DNA of 64,000 nt, from the NCBI GenBank assembly GCA_039818205.1, contig JBCBUK010000007.1, forward strand, positions 160,001 through 224,000, written 5' to 3'. The stretch's first letter is position 1, and each line of letters starts with the position of its first letter. The stretch comes from Verrucomicrobiota bacterium (GTDB lineage Bacteria; Verrucomicrobiota; Verrucomicrobiia; Opitutales; Cerasicoccaceae). The notes beneath the pieces are model-generated. The model was not told the DNA's origin. It saw only the letters and a list, made by a program, of their open reading frames with translations, and did not search any database. The translations under genes and the position numbers were made by a program. Shown here piece after piece: positions 1-9,381 of the stretch.

Positions 1-1
1 A

Positions 2-1060
2 GCCTACTACTTTTATCTATCCGAGAACGGCGACTTAATGAATTGGAGCGGCTGTGGAAACACGCTTAACGCCGAGGCCGCGATGGCAAAGCATCTGATC
101 ATTGAGAGTCTTCTGCACCTTGTCCGCGCCTACGACATTGATGGCTTCCGCTTCGATCTCGCCGAACTCATCACCATTGAGACCCTCAAGGAAATTGGCG
201 ATGCGCTAAAAGCCGAAAAAGAGTCGATCATATTGATCGCTGAGCCTTGGAGCTTTCGCGGTGGCATCCAATGGGACACACGACTTGCTGGCTACGCCTT
301 CTGGAACGATGGGTTCCGCAATACAATCGCCGACTTTATCAAAGGTAATAGTAATGGCGATGCCCTCGCCTACTACATGAAGGGTTGTTTGGATCATATG
401 GCGGCTTGGCCATCCCAATCGATCAATTATACGGAATCACACGATGACCGCTGCTGGCTGGACAGGATCACGACCAACGCTGGTCACGATGGCACCAATC
501 CCTCCCAACTCGATATCCAGCGGACCCACATGATGGGCGCCATCCTGATGTGCTCAGTTGGAGTGCCCATGATTTCCGAGGGTCAGGATTTCCTCCGCAG
601 CAAACAAGGGATCAATAACACGTATCAGCGCGGCGATATCAACGCTTTGGACTATGGCCGCTTACAACGCTTCGGTAAAACTCACCTATATTTCCAGCAG
701 CTTATTGCCTTCCGCCGCTCCGAATGGGGCGAGCTTCTCCGACTGTGGGATTCACCCTCGCCCGGATACATGCGCGTTTTCAAAGTGGACAACGGACAAA
801 ACAGCGCAACTGCCCTACTCTTCAACGCGGATTGCGCACTGGGCCAGCGGCAGATTCTCTTCGCAGTCAACCCGCACGAGCAGCCCACCAGCATACGCAC
901 GCACGATATCGACGGCATGCATTGGCAATGCCTCGCAGATGCCGACAATCTGAATTTTGAAGGCATTATCGACAATCGCTTTGATGGCTATCAACACCAA
1001 CTGAATCTGAAGCCAATGGATATCGGCATCTGGGTCCGCGAGTTTCCTGAGAGCAAATAA
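2..1060 (+). CDS. GH13 alpha-amylase-family debranching enzyme (pullulanase/isoamylase-like), 5'-partial
   Basis: Frame is open from the window start. GH13 catalytic motifs DGFRFDL, AEPW and ESHDD are present, along with NWSGCGN and GQDFLRSK. Confidence 0.85.
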   Translation, partial: AYYFYLSENGDLMNWSGCGNTLNAEAAMAKHLIIESLLHLVRAYDIDGFRFDLAELITIETLKEIGDALKAEKESIILIAEPWSFRGGIQWDTRLAGYAFWNDGFRNTIADFIKGNSNGDALAYYMKGCLDHMAAWPSQSINYTESHDDRCWLDRITTNAGHDGTNPSQLDIQRTHMMGAILMCSVGVPMISEGQDFLRSKQGINNTYQRGDINALDYGRLQRFGKTHLYFQQLIAFRRSEWGELLRLWDSPSPGYMRVFKVDNGQNSATALLFNADCALGQRQILFAVNPHEQPTSIRTHDIDGMHWQCLADADNLNFEGIIDNRFDGYQHQLNLKPMDIGIWVREFPESK

Positions 1061-1196
1061 GCGTTCAGGGGCACTCGTTGGTTTTGAACCGGATCCCAAT
1101 GCGCGTTCATTTGAGCCCCGCCCAAATCCCTATGCAGCATCCTTCAAAAAAAACGCTGGCCCTACTGGGCAGCATTAGTTGAACTGTGGTTCCATA

Positions 1197-2942
1197 GTGG
1201 CTACTACTAAAGAATATTGGAACTCCCGCCTGGGCGTAATCCTAGCGGTTGCCGGAAGTGCGGTCGGCTTAGGAAATTTTTTGCGATTCCCGGGCCAGGC
1301 GGCTCAACATGGCGGTGGAGCGTTCATGCTCGCCTACTTCATCTCCTTTCTCCTGATCGGCCTACCCATTTGTTGGGCAGAATGGACCATGGGGCGTCAT
1401 GGTGGCTCAAAGGGCTATAACTCGAGCCCCGGCATCTTCAACGCAATATGGCGCAGCCCTGCCGCCAAGTATGTCGGCATCATTGGCGTGATCATCCCGG
1501 TGGTGATCTACATGTACTACGTCTACATCGAGGCCTGGTGCCTTGGCTATGCGCTCAATTTCCTAAACGGTAACCTTAATTTTGATTCGGTGGATCAGTC
1601 CACGGATTGGTGGGCAAACTTTATTGGCGTGGGGGCCGATGGCTCAGCATTCAGCCACTTCGGCATCGATAGCGTTGGGTGGTATCTCATCATCGCTTTT
1701 TCCCTCAACTTTTTCCTGATCTACCGCGGGTTGTCCGGCGGTATCGAGTTCTTTTGTAAGATCGCCGTCCCAACCCTCGTGTTACTAGCCGTTATCGTAC
1801 TGATCCGCGTCCTAACCTTGGGCGCACCAGTTGCCGACGAACCCACCGAGAACATCAACAATGGACTCGGCTTCTTGTGGAACCCAAACAAGCACTTCCT
1901 AGTCGTGTCCGACGCAACGACCGGCGATATCATCCATCAACGTGAGATCGTCGACAAGGGCTTGATCGCCGAATACCGAGCTCAAGCCGGAACGAGCATC
2001 GACGGCAAACTCTACGCAGTTGAAATTGTTCCCCTTTGGAAGCAAATGCTGAATCCTCAGCTTTGGCTCGCGGCCGCTGGGCAAATTTTCTTTTCGTTGT
2101 CGGTCGGTTTCGGCGTGATCATTACCTATTCAAGCTACATGCGGAAAAAGGATGACGTCGTCCTCAGTGGCCTCGCGGCAACCAGCGCCAACGAGTTCTG
2201 CGAAGTCGCGCTGGGTGGTTTGATCACCGTTCCCGCCGCCGTAGCATTCATCGGAGTTGCCGGCTTGGCTGGCGCCGGTTTAGGGACTTTCGATCTTGGC
2301 TTCAAGGTGCTTCCATTGGTTTTTTCGGAAATGCCGCTGGGGCACATCTTTGGGTTCCTTTGGTTCTTCCTGCTCTTCCTGGCCGCAATGACGAGCTCCA
2401 TCTCGATGCTCCAACCCGGCATTGCGTTTATCGAAGAAACCATGCGCACCAACCGAAAACGTTCCTGCGCAATCCTGGGCCTGATCACCGCAATTGGTTG
2501 CACAATGGTCGTCTACTTCAGCAAAGACGTCAAAGTCCTCGATACACTGGATTTCTGGATCGGCACATTCTTGATCTTCGTTCTCGCAACAATTCAAATT
2601 ATTGTATTCGGCTGGGTCTTTGGGATCGATCGCGGGTTTAACGAGGCCCATAAAGGTGCCGCAATCAAGATTCCTGCGATCTTTAAGCCGATCATGAAGT
2701 ATGTCTGCCCGGCATTCCTGTTGATCGTATTCTTTTTCTGGGTTTTGATGAATGTATTCGGCGTCAGCCTAAGCGGCGAAGAGGCCCAAATCAGTGGGTA
2801 TGTGAAAGACCTCTTCGGCAAAGAGCCGAGTATTGCCGCCTGGTTGAGTATCGGTCTAGTCGCATTAATGTTCATCTTTTTCGCCGTGCTGGTCTCAACC
2901 GTCGACCGGTACCGCGAGGAACACGCAAATTGGAAGGAATAG
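1197..2942 (+). CDS. Sodium-dependent transporter, NSS/SNF (LeuT-like) family
   Basis: [19 protein letters not shown] and [10 protein letters not shown] motifs with many TM helices. GTG start chosen at 1197. Confidence 0.95.
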   Translation: MATTKEYWNSRLGVILAVAGSAVGLGNFLRFPGQAAQHGGGAFMLAYFISFLLIGLPICWAEWTMGRHGGSKGYNSSPGIFNAIWRSPAAKYVGIIGVIIPVVIYMYYVYIEAWCLGYALNFLNGNLNFDSVDQSTDWWANFIGVGADGSAFSHFGIDSVGWYLIIAFSLNFFLIYRGLSGGIEFFCKIAVPTLVLLAVIVLIRVLTLGAPVADEPTENINNGLGFLWNPNKHFLVVSDATTGDIIHQREIVDKGLIAEYRAQAGTSIDGKLYAVEIVPLWKQMLNPQLWLAAAGQIFFSLSVGFGVIITYSSYMRKKDDVVLSGLAATSANEFCEVALGGLITVPAAVAFIGVAGLAGAGLGTFDLGFKVLPLVFSEMPLGHIFGFLWFFLLFLAAMTSSISMLQPGIAFIEETMRTNRKRSCAILGLITAIGCTMVVYFSKDVKVLDTLDFWIGTFLIFVLATIQIIVFGWVFGIDRGFNEAHKGAAIKIPAIFKPIMKYVCPAFLLIVFFFWVLMNVFGVSLSGEEAQISGYVKDLFGKEPSIAAWLSIGLVALMFIFFAVLVSTVDRYREEHANWKE

Positions 2943-2944
2943 GT

Positions 2945-3094
2945 ATGACGATTGGTGGCTGGATAATTATGTTGATGTCAGTATGCACCGTTTGCACGCT
3001 CTTTGCGTGGTGCATGTATAAAGTCATGTCCACCCCGGGCGAGTCGGAGCACATGCATGGATTCGGTGCGGAAAAGACCCCCGATGTCGAGTAG
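2945..3094 (+). CDS. Small single-TM protein, likely MetS-like small subunit of the NSS transporter
   Basis: Not in the ORF track. MTIGGWIIMLMSVCTVCTLFAWCMYKVMSTPGESEHMHGFGAEKTPDVE (49 aa) starts 2 nt after the transporter stop. Confidence 0.7.
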   Translation: MTIGGWIIMLMSVCTVCTLFAWCMYKVMSTPGESEHMHGFGAEKTPDVE

Positions 3095-3124
3095 AAGTAA
3101 TCGCTCTTCACGCTATTTAGTGAT

Positions 3125-3158
3125 GTTCAAAGAGCCGGAAAACTCCGGCCCTTTGAAC
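3125..3158. terminator. Hairpin between convergent genes, probable terminator
   Basis: GTTCAAAG-AGCCGGA-aaac-TCCGGCC-CTTTGAAC inverted repeat. Confidence 0.6.
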
Positions 3159-3196
3159 GCTCCATCTAGACTTATGGAAAAAAAATCTCTGCGCTC

Positions 3197-4345
3197 CTAA
3201 TCTGACTCAACGACAAAACCGCGGTGCCGTATTGCGAAAAACAGGACGCCGTATCCGACAAGCGCCAACACAAGGCCAAAAGAAACCCAACGCATTCCCG
3301 TAACAAGCAGGTAGGTCGTTAGAGCCAGTCCAACCGACCAAAAGGCCCAGTCTAAACGCGTACGGATGCTCTGATTCAGGTCGTTGATCAAACCGTCCAA
3401 GATTGGCAATGATAACGCCAAGAGCAAAATCATCCATGCCATTCCATGCTTAATGTCGGAGGCGAATACATCGATGTCCTGACTAAGAACGTCTCTCAGT
3501 TGCCCCATACCCTCAGGAAAGTTGTTCGAAACTCCATGACCTCCGAGCTGCTGACTATACTCTTGAATCTGATTCTGCATACCTCCAGCAAGACGCCCCA
3601 ATTCATTCTCCAGGTTTACCTGATACCATGGAAACAGTAAGCTGGTAAATACGATCCCTGCTCCGAGGCACCGCATGACCATCGACTTGGAGATCTTCTT
3701 GGTTTGCGACTCTGGCGCTGCGCCCAACGCGCTCATAAGTTCCGCTCCTTCGTGCGGGGAAACGGTGCCCGATTCAACCATCTGCATCACCCGCTCACGC
3801 TCACTCAGTGTAACCCGACGGCCATCGGAACTCTGAACCTTCGCTTCGACCTGAAAACTCAGCATTGTCGGATACAGTCCGAATAAAATGACCACTGCGA
3901 TCAGGGTAACCCAAGGGTTCCAAGAAAGTGCGATCCAAGCGGACACCGATAAGCCGATTGCGATAAATATGGTTCCTGGACTTAGCCAAGCCGCAAACCC
4001 GACCCGACCAGGAGACTTCTCCGCTTCGGTCAGTTCCCCCTGTATCCATGCCTTGTAGAGCCGGATTATTCCTGGTATTGCGAACAGCCATACACCAACC
4101 ATCGGCAAAACGAACTCCTTGCCTCGGACCGACCAATTGGGCCCTGGAGCCACCATTCCCCGTTCTACCATGTAGGCCAAGATGAAGGCATTGAAAACAC
4201 CACAAAAGAAACCAAGCAGGATCCAGAGGAAGCCAAAAAACCATTTGGTTCGGATATACTTCGCGTAAAAGGTGGTTCCAAACGTGATAGCAATAAACGC
4301 TGGCACGAAGAATACTATGAATCGAATACCGGGATCTTCATTCAT
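3197..4345 (-). CDS. Multi-pass membrane protein with a central SHOCT-like helical module
   Basis: Several TM segments. ERERVMQMVESGTVSPHEGAELMSAL resembles the module at the C-terminus of the upstream DUF2089 protein. Confidence 0.65.
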   Translation of the reverse strand: MNEDPGIRFIVFFVPAFIAITFGTTFYAKYIRTKWFFGFLWILLGFFCGVFNAFILAYMVERGMVAPGPNWSVRGKEFVLPMVGVWLFAIPGIIRLYKAWIQGELTEAEKSPGRVGFAAWLSPGTIFIAIGLSVSAWIALSWNPWVTLIAVVILFGLYPTMLSFQVEAKVQSSDGRRVTLSERERVMQMVESGTVSPHEGAELMSALGAAPESQTKKISKSMVMRCLGAGIVFTSLLFPWYQVNLENELGRLAGGMQNQIQEYSQQLGGHGVSNNFPEGMGQLRDVLSQDIDVFASDIKHGMAWMILLLALSLPILDGLINDLNQSIRTRLDWAFWSVGLALTTYLLVTGMRWVSFGLVLALVGYGVLFFAIRHRGFVVESD

Positions 4346-4347
4346 GA

Positions 4348-4734
4348 CTAGAGTCGTTTCAGTTGTTTCGCAGCTTCTCGGGTGGACAGTTCTCCGGACT
4401 CAACCTGAGACAGGATTGATTCGCGGGTAACGGCCGGCGGAACGTCCTCCGTGGTACTTGGATTAAATGTTTGCCCCAACCGCTCGTTCACCAGATCGAG
4501 CCGCTTACAAACGGTTGGATAGGAAATTCCTAATTGTTTGCCGACCTCGCGAATATTCCCGCGGCACTGAAGGAATATTAAAACAAACTCCTGCAAATCG
4601 GTCGGGAGTCGGAAAAATGCTGGGACCCCAACAGTCGTCGTCAACTGAGTGTCGCAACTCGTGCAATGCAAGTGCGTGATTTCTAGGGTGCCCTCACAAA
4701 ATGGGCAAGATGATGTCAAATGCTTCGCCGACAT
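4348..4734 (-). CDS. DUF2089 family protein (Zn-ribbon + HTH)
   Basis: CPFC...CTSC, then F..CRGNIREVGKQLGISYPTV, and a C-terminal ILSQVESGELSTREA. Confidence 0.85.
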   Translation of the reverse strand: MSAKHLTSSCPFCEGTLEITHLHCTSCDTQLTTTVGVPAFFRLPTDLQEFVLIFLQCRGNIREVGKQLGISYPTVCKRLDLVNERLGQTFNPSTTEDVPPAVTRESILSQVESGELSTREAAKQLKRL

Positions 4735-4864
4735 ATTCAATTCGTTAACTTAAAACTTAAATTATTTAACTTTTCAATGAAATATCTTAAAAATCTCTAA
4801 AAACCGGTACACACCGAAACAACGCTCTTCAAAGAGCGCGGTAGCGAGACACTGAGACACTCGT

Positions 4865-5722
4865 CTATTCCGTCTGGTCGTCCAGCAATGCCTCGGGCTC
4901 ATCACCGGTTCCCAAAGCATTGTAGCGAGCATACACAGGCTCGGATCCGTGTTTGCGCTCCAGTCGGCGAACGATGAAGTGTCCGAGCGCCATATTCTGA
5001 AAGTAACCGGTGAAGTAAGTGTTTACCACAGCACCGCTGACCGCCCCGATAACCGGGACCATCACCGCGCCCGCCTTCTGCGTCACGGTGATGCTAAAGC
5101 GCTCCGCGATTTGCCCAACAAATCGGGTCAATGGAGGCGAAGCCGCATCGATCGCCCCCTTCTCAGCAACGTATTTGGCCGCCTCAGAAACCCGTTGGGC
5201 CAAGAGTGTCCGGATGGCGATATAGCTGGCATCCGTGCTATCGTCATCGCGCTTGCGGGTATTCCCCAGGGCAAAAACCTCGACACAAGCCAAACGCGCC
5301 TCGGTTTCATTGAGATCCTCGCCCTGACTTCGGGCCACATCCGCAATCGAACGTAGCATGATCGTAGTCGAAACCGGTAGCTCGATCGGCAAGGCCATCC
5401 AGCCAAAAGCGCCTCCGGCACCGCCAGTTGCGGCGGTTGCAAACTTGTGCATTAGGTCCCGACTCGCCTTCACCCGATCCTTATCGAGGGTCATCAATGC
5501 GATTCCCAAAGCGGTCTTAAGTGCCTTATCTGTCGCGCCAACAATTACACCCTGCGCCTTGTCGGGCATCAAATCGATCCCCTTTTCAATTGGCGCACCA
5601 ATCAGGTTGACCAGCTGCTGACCAAAGCTCTTGCCCTCCAAGATCCGGTGGGCGAGCTGCAAATCCTGCTCGTCTTCGTCATTCCATTCAACCGGGAACG
5701 GGGGTGGTACTTCTATTGGCAT
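4865..5722 (-). CDS. EcsC family protein
   Basis: TGGAGGAFG..LPIELPVSTTIMLRSIADVARSQGEDL and VPVIGAVSGA motifs. Confidence 0.85.
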   Translation of the reverse strand: MPIEVPPPFPVEWNDEDEQDLQLAHRILEGKSFGQQLVNLIGAPIEKGIDLMPDKAQGVIVGATDKALKTALGIALMTLDKDRVKASRDLMHKFATAATGGAGGAFGWMALPIELPVSTTIMLRSIADVARSQGEDLNETEARLACVEVFALGNTRKRDDDSTDASYIAIRTLLAQRVSEAAKYVAEKGAIDAASPPLTRFVGQIAERFSITVTQKAGAVMVPVIGAVSGAVVNTYFTGYFQNMALGHFIVRRLERKHGSEPVYARYNALGTGDEPEALLDDQTE

Positions 5723-5728
5723 AACGCG

Positions 5729-6628
5729 CTATTTCTCCGACAATTTCTTGAGGGTTTCCTTGAGGCTTTTGATCTCGGCTTCAAGGCGATCGATCCCGTG
5801 GTGGATCTCCGCTTGCTCCCCAATGGCATCAACGAGCCGGGTCGGCTCTGCAGGTTTCTCGCGCTGTTCAAGCTTGGCATCATTCATACTACTGAGAATT
5901 ACACCGATAAAGAGGTTGATCATCACCATTGCTCCAACAACGACAAACGTAATAAAATAAAGCACCGCCCAAATACCGAAGGCATGCGGATCGGGGCCAA
6001 TCGGGATGGCTCCCTGAGCATGATAGACATTCGATCCATAGACCGCCGTGTACATGACGTCAGTCCAGTCCTCCAGTGTGACCACCCGAAACAGCGTAAT
6101 CAAGGACAGGCCCAGATCGCCGAAGTGTCCCGGATCGTTCCCTCGGAAGAACATCGTCCCCATCACCGCATAGACATAAAAGTGTAAGCCGAGGAGGATC
6201 GACACATAGAACATCGACGGAATGCTATGCAAAAGAGCCGCGACGAGGACCTGCAACCGTGGAACGGCAGTGATGAGACGCAGCGCCCGCAAGATCCGAG
6301 CTAAGCGCACGACCGCCACCCAGCTACCCGCCGCCGGGACAAAGCACACCGCCACGATCGAGAAATCAAAGATGTTCCATCCACTCTTGAAGTATCGCCA
6401 CGGCTTGCGGCCTTCCGCGCCCACCTTGATGATGACCTCTGCGACGAAAATCCACAAAATCGTTCGGTCCAATACGTGCATCAGCGTGTGAAACCGCTCC
6501 ATGACTGTCACGGAGGTTTCCAAACCAACGACGATGCCCGCCAGAACGATCACGCCGATGATAAATCGCTCAAACCAGCTGGAATCTCGAACGCTAACGC
6601 AAAACGACTGGAGCTTCTCAATTGTCAC
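5729..6628 (-). CDS. Bacterial voltage-gated cation channel (BacNav-like, 6TM)
   Basis: WNIFDF (S3), RLARILRALR (S4), filter TLEDWTD, NLFIGVI (S6) and a C-terminal coiled coil. GTG start is inferred. Confidence 0.9.
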   Translation of the reverse strand: MTIEKLQSFCVSVRDSSWFERFIIGVIVLAGIVVGLETSVTVMERFHTLMHVLDRTILWIFVAEVIIKVGAEGRKPWRYFKSGWNIFDFSIVAVCFVPAAGSWVAVVRLARILRALRLITAVPRLQVLVAALLHSIPSMFYVSILLGLHFYVYAVMGTMFFRGNDPGHFGDLGLSLITLFRVVTLEDWTDVMYTAVYGSNVYHAQGAIPIGPDPHAFGIWAVLYFITFVVVGAMVMINLFIGVILSSMNDAKLEQREKPAEPTRLVDAIGEQAEIHHGIDRLEAEIKSLKETLKKLSEK

Positions 6629-6702
6629 GGCGAACTCTGTTGAAGGAAATTGTCGCAGGATTCTTGAAGCGCAACTGTTCTTTTTCGAATTAGCCAACAA
6701 AC

Positions 6703-6731
6703 AAAAAATCCCCGGCCAAAAACCGGGGATT
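6703..6731 (-). terminator. Rho-independent terminator after rpmE2
   Basis: AATCCCCGG-N7-CCGGGGATT followed by a T-run on the minus strand. Confidence 0.75.
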
Positions 6732-6757
6732 AGAAAAAATCAAGAAATACGCAGATC

Positions 6758-7012
6758 CTAGCCGCGGCGGCGCTGGCGGCTGAACTTCTTCTCGAACTTC
6801 TCCACACGACCAGCAGTGTCGACGAAACGCTTTTCGCCGGTGTAGGCCGGGTGTGAGTCCATGGTCACATCGCAAACGAGCACGTTGTATTCAACGCCGT
6901 CGATGGTTTCCTTTTGCTTGGACTTCAACGTGGAGTTAGTGAGGAACTTCTTGCCGCTGGAGACGTCGACGAAGCAAACAGGATTGTATGCGGGATGGAG
7001 CTCAGTTTTCAC
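6758..7012 (-). CDS. rpmE2: 50S ribosomal protein L31, type B
   Basis: HPAYNPV.FVDVSSG...SHPAYTG...DTAGRVEKF; 84 aa, no CxC/CxxC zinc motif. Confidence 0.93.
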   Translation of the reverse strand: MKTELHPAYNPVCFVDVSSGKKFLTNSTLKSKQKETIDGVEYNVLVCDVTMDSHPAYTGEKRFVDTAGRVEKFEKKFSRQRRRG

Positions 7013-7034
7013 GGTGCAATAAATTGGTTGGAAA

Positions 7035-7160
7035 CTAACCCTGGCGTGCTTTAAAACGCGGGTTGGTCTTGTTAATAACGTAAATACGGCCGCGACGGCG
7101 AACCACTTGGCAATCCGGGTGGCGATTCTTAAGCGACTTAATGGAAGATACTACTTTCAT
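7035..7160 (-). CDS. ykgO: 50S ribosomal protein L36, type B
   Basis: Not in the ORF track. Translates to [41 protein letters not shown]. Confidence 0.95.
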   Translation of the reverse strand: MKVVSSIKSLKNRHPDCQVVRRRGRIYVINKTNPRFKARQG

Positions 7161-7328
7161 GACCTCTGAAATTTGGGAAAACGAGGAAAAAAGCTCGTAT
7201 CGCCGCCCCTGTCAACGGATTTTTCACCGAAGCTCGGATATTTTTCAAAAATTGATCTTGCCTTCCCGCAATCTCACACCCATTTTCCTCCGCTTTTCAT
7301 TGAGCAAACTTTCAACACACGAGAAACC

Positions 7329-7559
7329 ATGTCCCGAATTTGTACCGTAACCGGCAAGCGCCCTGTGAAAGGCCGCCGAATTCACCGCAGTGGTCTGACC
7401 AAGAAAAGTGGTGGTATCGGAACCCACGTCACCAAGACTGTAAAGCGCACTTTCCGCCCAAATCTCCAGCATATCCGAGTGAAGCTGCCAAGCGGTCAAG
7501 TCAAGCGCATGTGGGTCTCCGTTAAGGCGATCAAGGCTGGCAAGATCGAGAAGGCCTAG
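7329..7559 (+). CDS. rpmB: 50S ribosomal protein L28
   Basis: MSRICTVTGKRP...TKTVKRTFRPNLQ. Confidence 0.95.
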   Translation: MSRICTVTGKRPVKGRRIHRSGLTKKSGGIGTHVTKTVKRTFRPNLQHIRVKLPSGQVKRMWVSVKAIKAGKIEKA

Positions 7560-7776
7560 TCAACCGATCCTTCAATCAAATTTCCCAAGCGACTCGCGTC
7601 TATGCCAGTCGCTTTTTTGTGTCGCAAGCGGTCTTTGAATCTTGAGATTGCATTTTTTCACGAGAAAAGTATCAGAGTTGAAGATCATTCTTTCCTCAAA
7701 CACACGTCTTGGTTTGACCGTGAGTTTGACTTGCAACCTAGTGGAAAAGCACTGAATCTGCCACGAGATAATCCTC

Positions 7777-8739
7777 ATGCCCGCCAAAAGCCTGCATCGT
7801 CACTATTCAATTCCGTATCTCGATTTCACCGATTTCTGGGATATCTGCGGATACTTTCTTCGTGTGCAACCCCAGTTCAAGAAGATCCGCTACAGTATCT
7901 TTACCGCGGAAGCCCCAATCATCGAGGACGAGCAAGACATTTCGCTGATACTCAAAGTCTTGCACGACAAAGCTCAGTCCGTTGCGCGTTTTCACGCGAC
8001 GCTCTATGATGGGGGTGATGATTTCGGGCCCGTCGCAAAAGTTGACTACGTTACCGAGGCTGGCGATACCGCCGCGACCCCGATGGGCCTCACCGTCCAG
8101 ACGCCTGAGATCACCCGGATGAATACCTTTGAGTTTGAGGAAGTGCTCTTCGAGAAATACAATCTCGATGAGGACCTCGAACCACGAATTGAATTTGGGA
8201 TCCCCTGCGAGGTGTTGGCCGCGATCATTGACCTACGTGGGTTCTCTGCCTTCTGTGAACAGCCCCAAATTGAGAGCCCATACACCTGCGGGCTCATGTA
8301 CGCATTTTACCAAAGCGTTGAACAACGCTTTCATAAATACCGCCCCGACCTGATCAAGTATCTGGGCGATGGTGTGCTGGTCCTCTGGGAGACCACCTAC
8401 GAAGATCGCGCCGCAGCGCTAAATGTCTGCCTCAACGGCATGCGCGAACTCCAGGACAAGTGGAACTCAGTCCGCCGCAGCCCGCAGTTCAGCCATGGTG
8501 CACCCGAACAAGTTGCGGTCGGTATTTCATTTGGACTAGCGAGCCAAATTCCTGGTGCCGACGACTATATTGGCCGCCCGCTCAACGTCGCAAGCCGCCT
8601 TTGCAGCGTTTGTGGAGGTTCCGATATCTTGATCGACAAATCAGTGCCAGGCCTGGATGACACCATTCCAAAGGACGATATTTCCGTCCACATCAAATCC
8701 TTCGGCCGCTACCACGTCTGGCGCGTGCGAACACGCTAG
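7777..8739 (+). CDS. Class III adenylate/guanylate cyclase domain protein
   Basis: DLRGFS, KYLGDG and DYIGRPLNVASRL motifs in the C-terminal half. Confidence 0.85.
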   Translation: MPAKSLHRHYSIPYLDFTDFWDICGYFLRVQPQFKKIRYSIFTAEAPIIEDEQDISLILKVLHDKAQSVARFHATLYDGGDDFGPVAKVDYVTEAGDTAATPMGLTVQTPEITRMNTFEFEEVLFEKYNLDEDLEPRIEFGIPCEVLAAIIDLRGFSAFCEQPQIESPYTCGLMYAFYQSVEQRFHKYRPDLIKYLGDGVLVLWETTYEDRAAALNVCLNGMRELQDKWNSVRRSPQFSHGAPEQVAVGISFGLASQIPGADDYIGRPLNVASRLCSVCGGSDILIDKSVPGLDDTIPKDDISVHIKSFGRYHVWRVRTR

Positions 8740-8769
8740 AGCACTCAATTTCGGTCGTTGAATCCTCGT

Positions 8770-9159
8770 TTAAGTCGACTCGCAACGAGCCGAATCGGCT
8801 TCATCCGATTCTTCAACAACCGGGAACTCTGCAACGAACGCGTAATCGTTGGCGTCAAACTGAAGTGACTTAAACAGTGCGATCAATCGCTTCCAACGAA
8901 ACAGCGGGTCGGGGCCGTAGCTCCTGCGCTTTGCCTCTTGCTCGAGCTCCGCGTAGAGTTGACCAATCTCATCCTCAAGGCCCGCACGGTTCGCGGCGGT
9001 GACCTCGAGGCGATCCTGAATTGCCTGATCTAAGAGAGGTAGAGCGAGCGCCTCGATCTTGGGCACAACAACCGCTTCCAGCTCCTGATCAAGGCAGACC
9101 AGCAACCGATGTGTCATCCGATCTGGCTCTTTGCGCGAAATCTGTAAATAGAAACTCAC
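8770..9159 (-). CDS. Hypothetical protein
   Basis: 129-aa ORF filling the gap between convergent and divergent neighbours; no motif recognised. Confidence 0.5.
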   Translation of the reverse strand: MSFYLQISRKEPDRMTHRLLVCLDQELEAVVVPKIEALALPLLDQAIQDRLEVTAANRAGLEDEIGQLYAELEQEAKRRSYGPDPLFRWKRLIALFKSLQFDANDYAFVAEFPVVEESDEADSARCEST

Positions 9160-9381
9160 CGTGATTCCAAACCCTAAGACCTAACGGTTCCCCAGCGGGT
9201 TTCAAAGCACAAAAACCCGCACATCAAAGGGCCCGATCTGATAGTCCGTCATCACTTTTCAAAAGGCTTTAAAGAATCACTATTGTCACTTATTCGTTGC
9301 ACTAGAACCGCTTAGCAAAGGAAATTATCCTTGGCTTTGAACAGCTTATGCGAGATACGTGACCTAGCACATTCCTTGGCA

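Noticed and set aside
7777..9159. Cyclase plus neighbour as a Pycsar/CBASS-like defence system
   Set aside because: The neighbour is convergent and has no TM or TIR effector features, the cyclase has adenine-type specificity residues, and the context is housekeeping.
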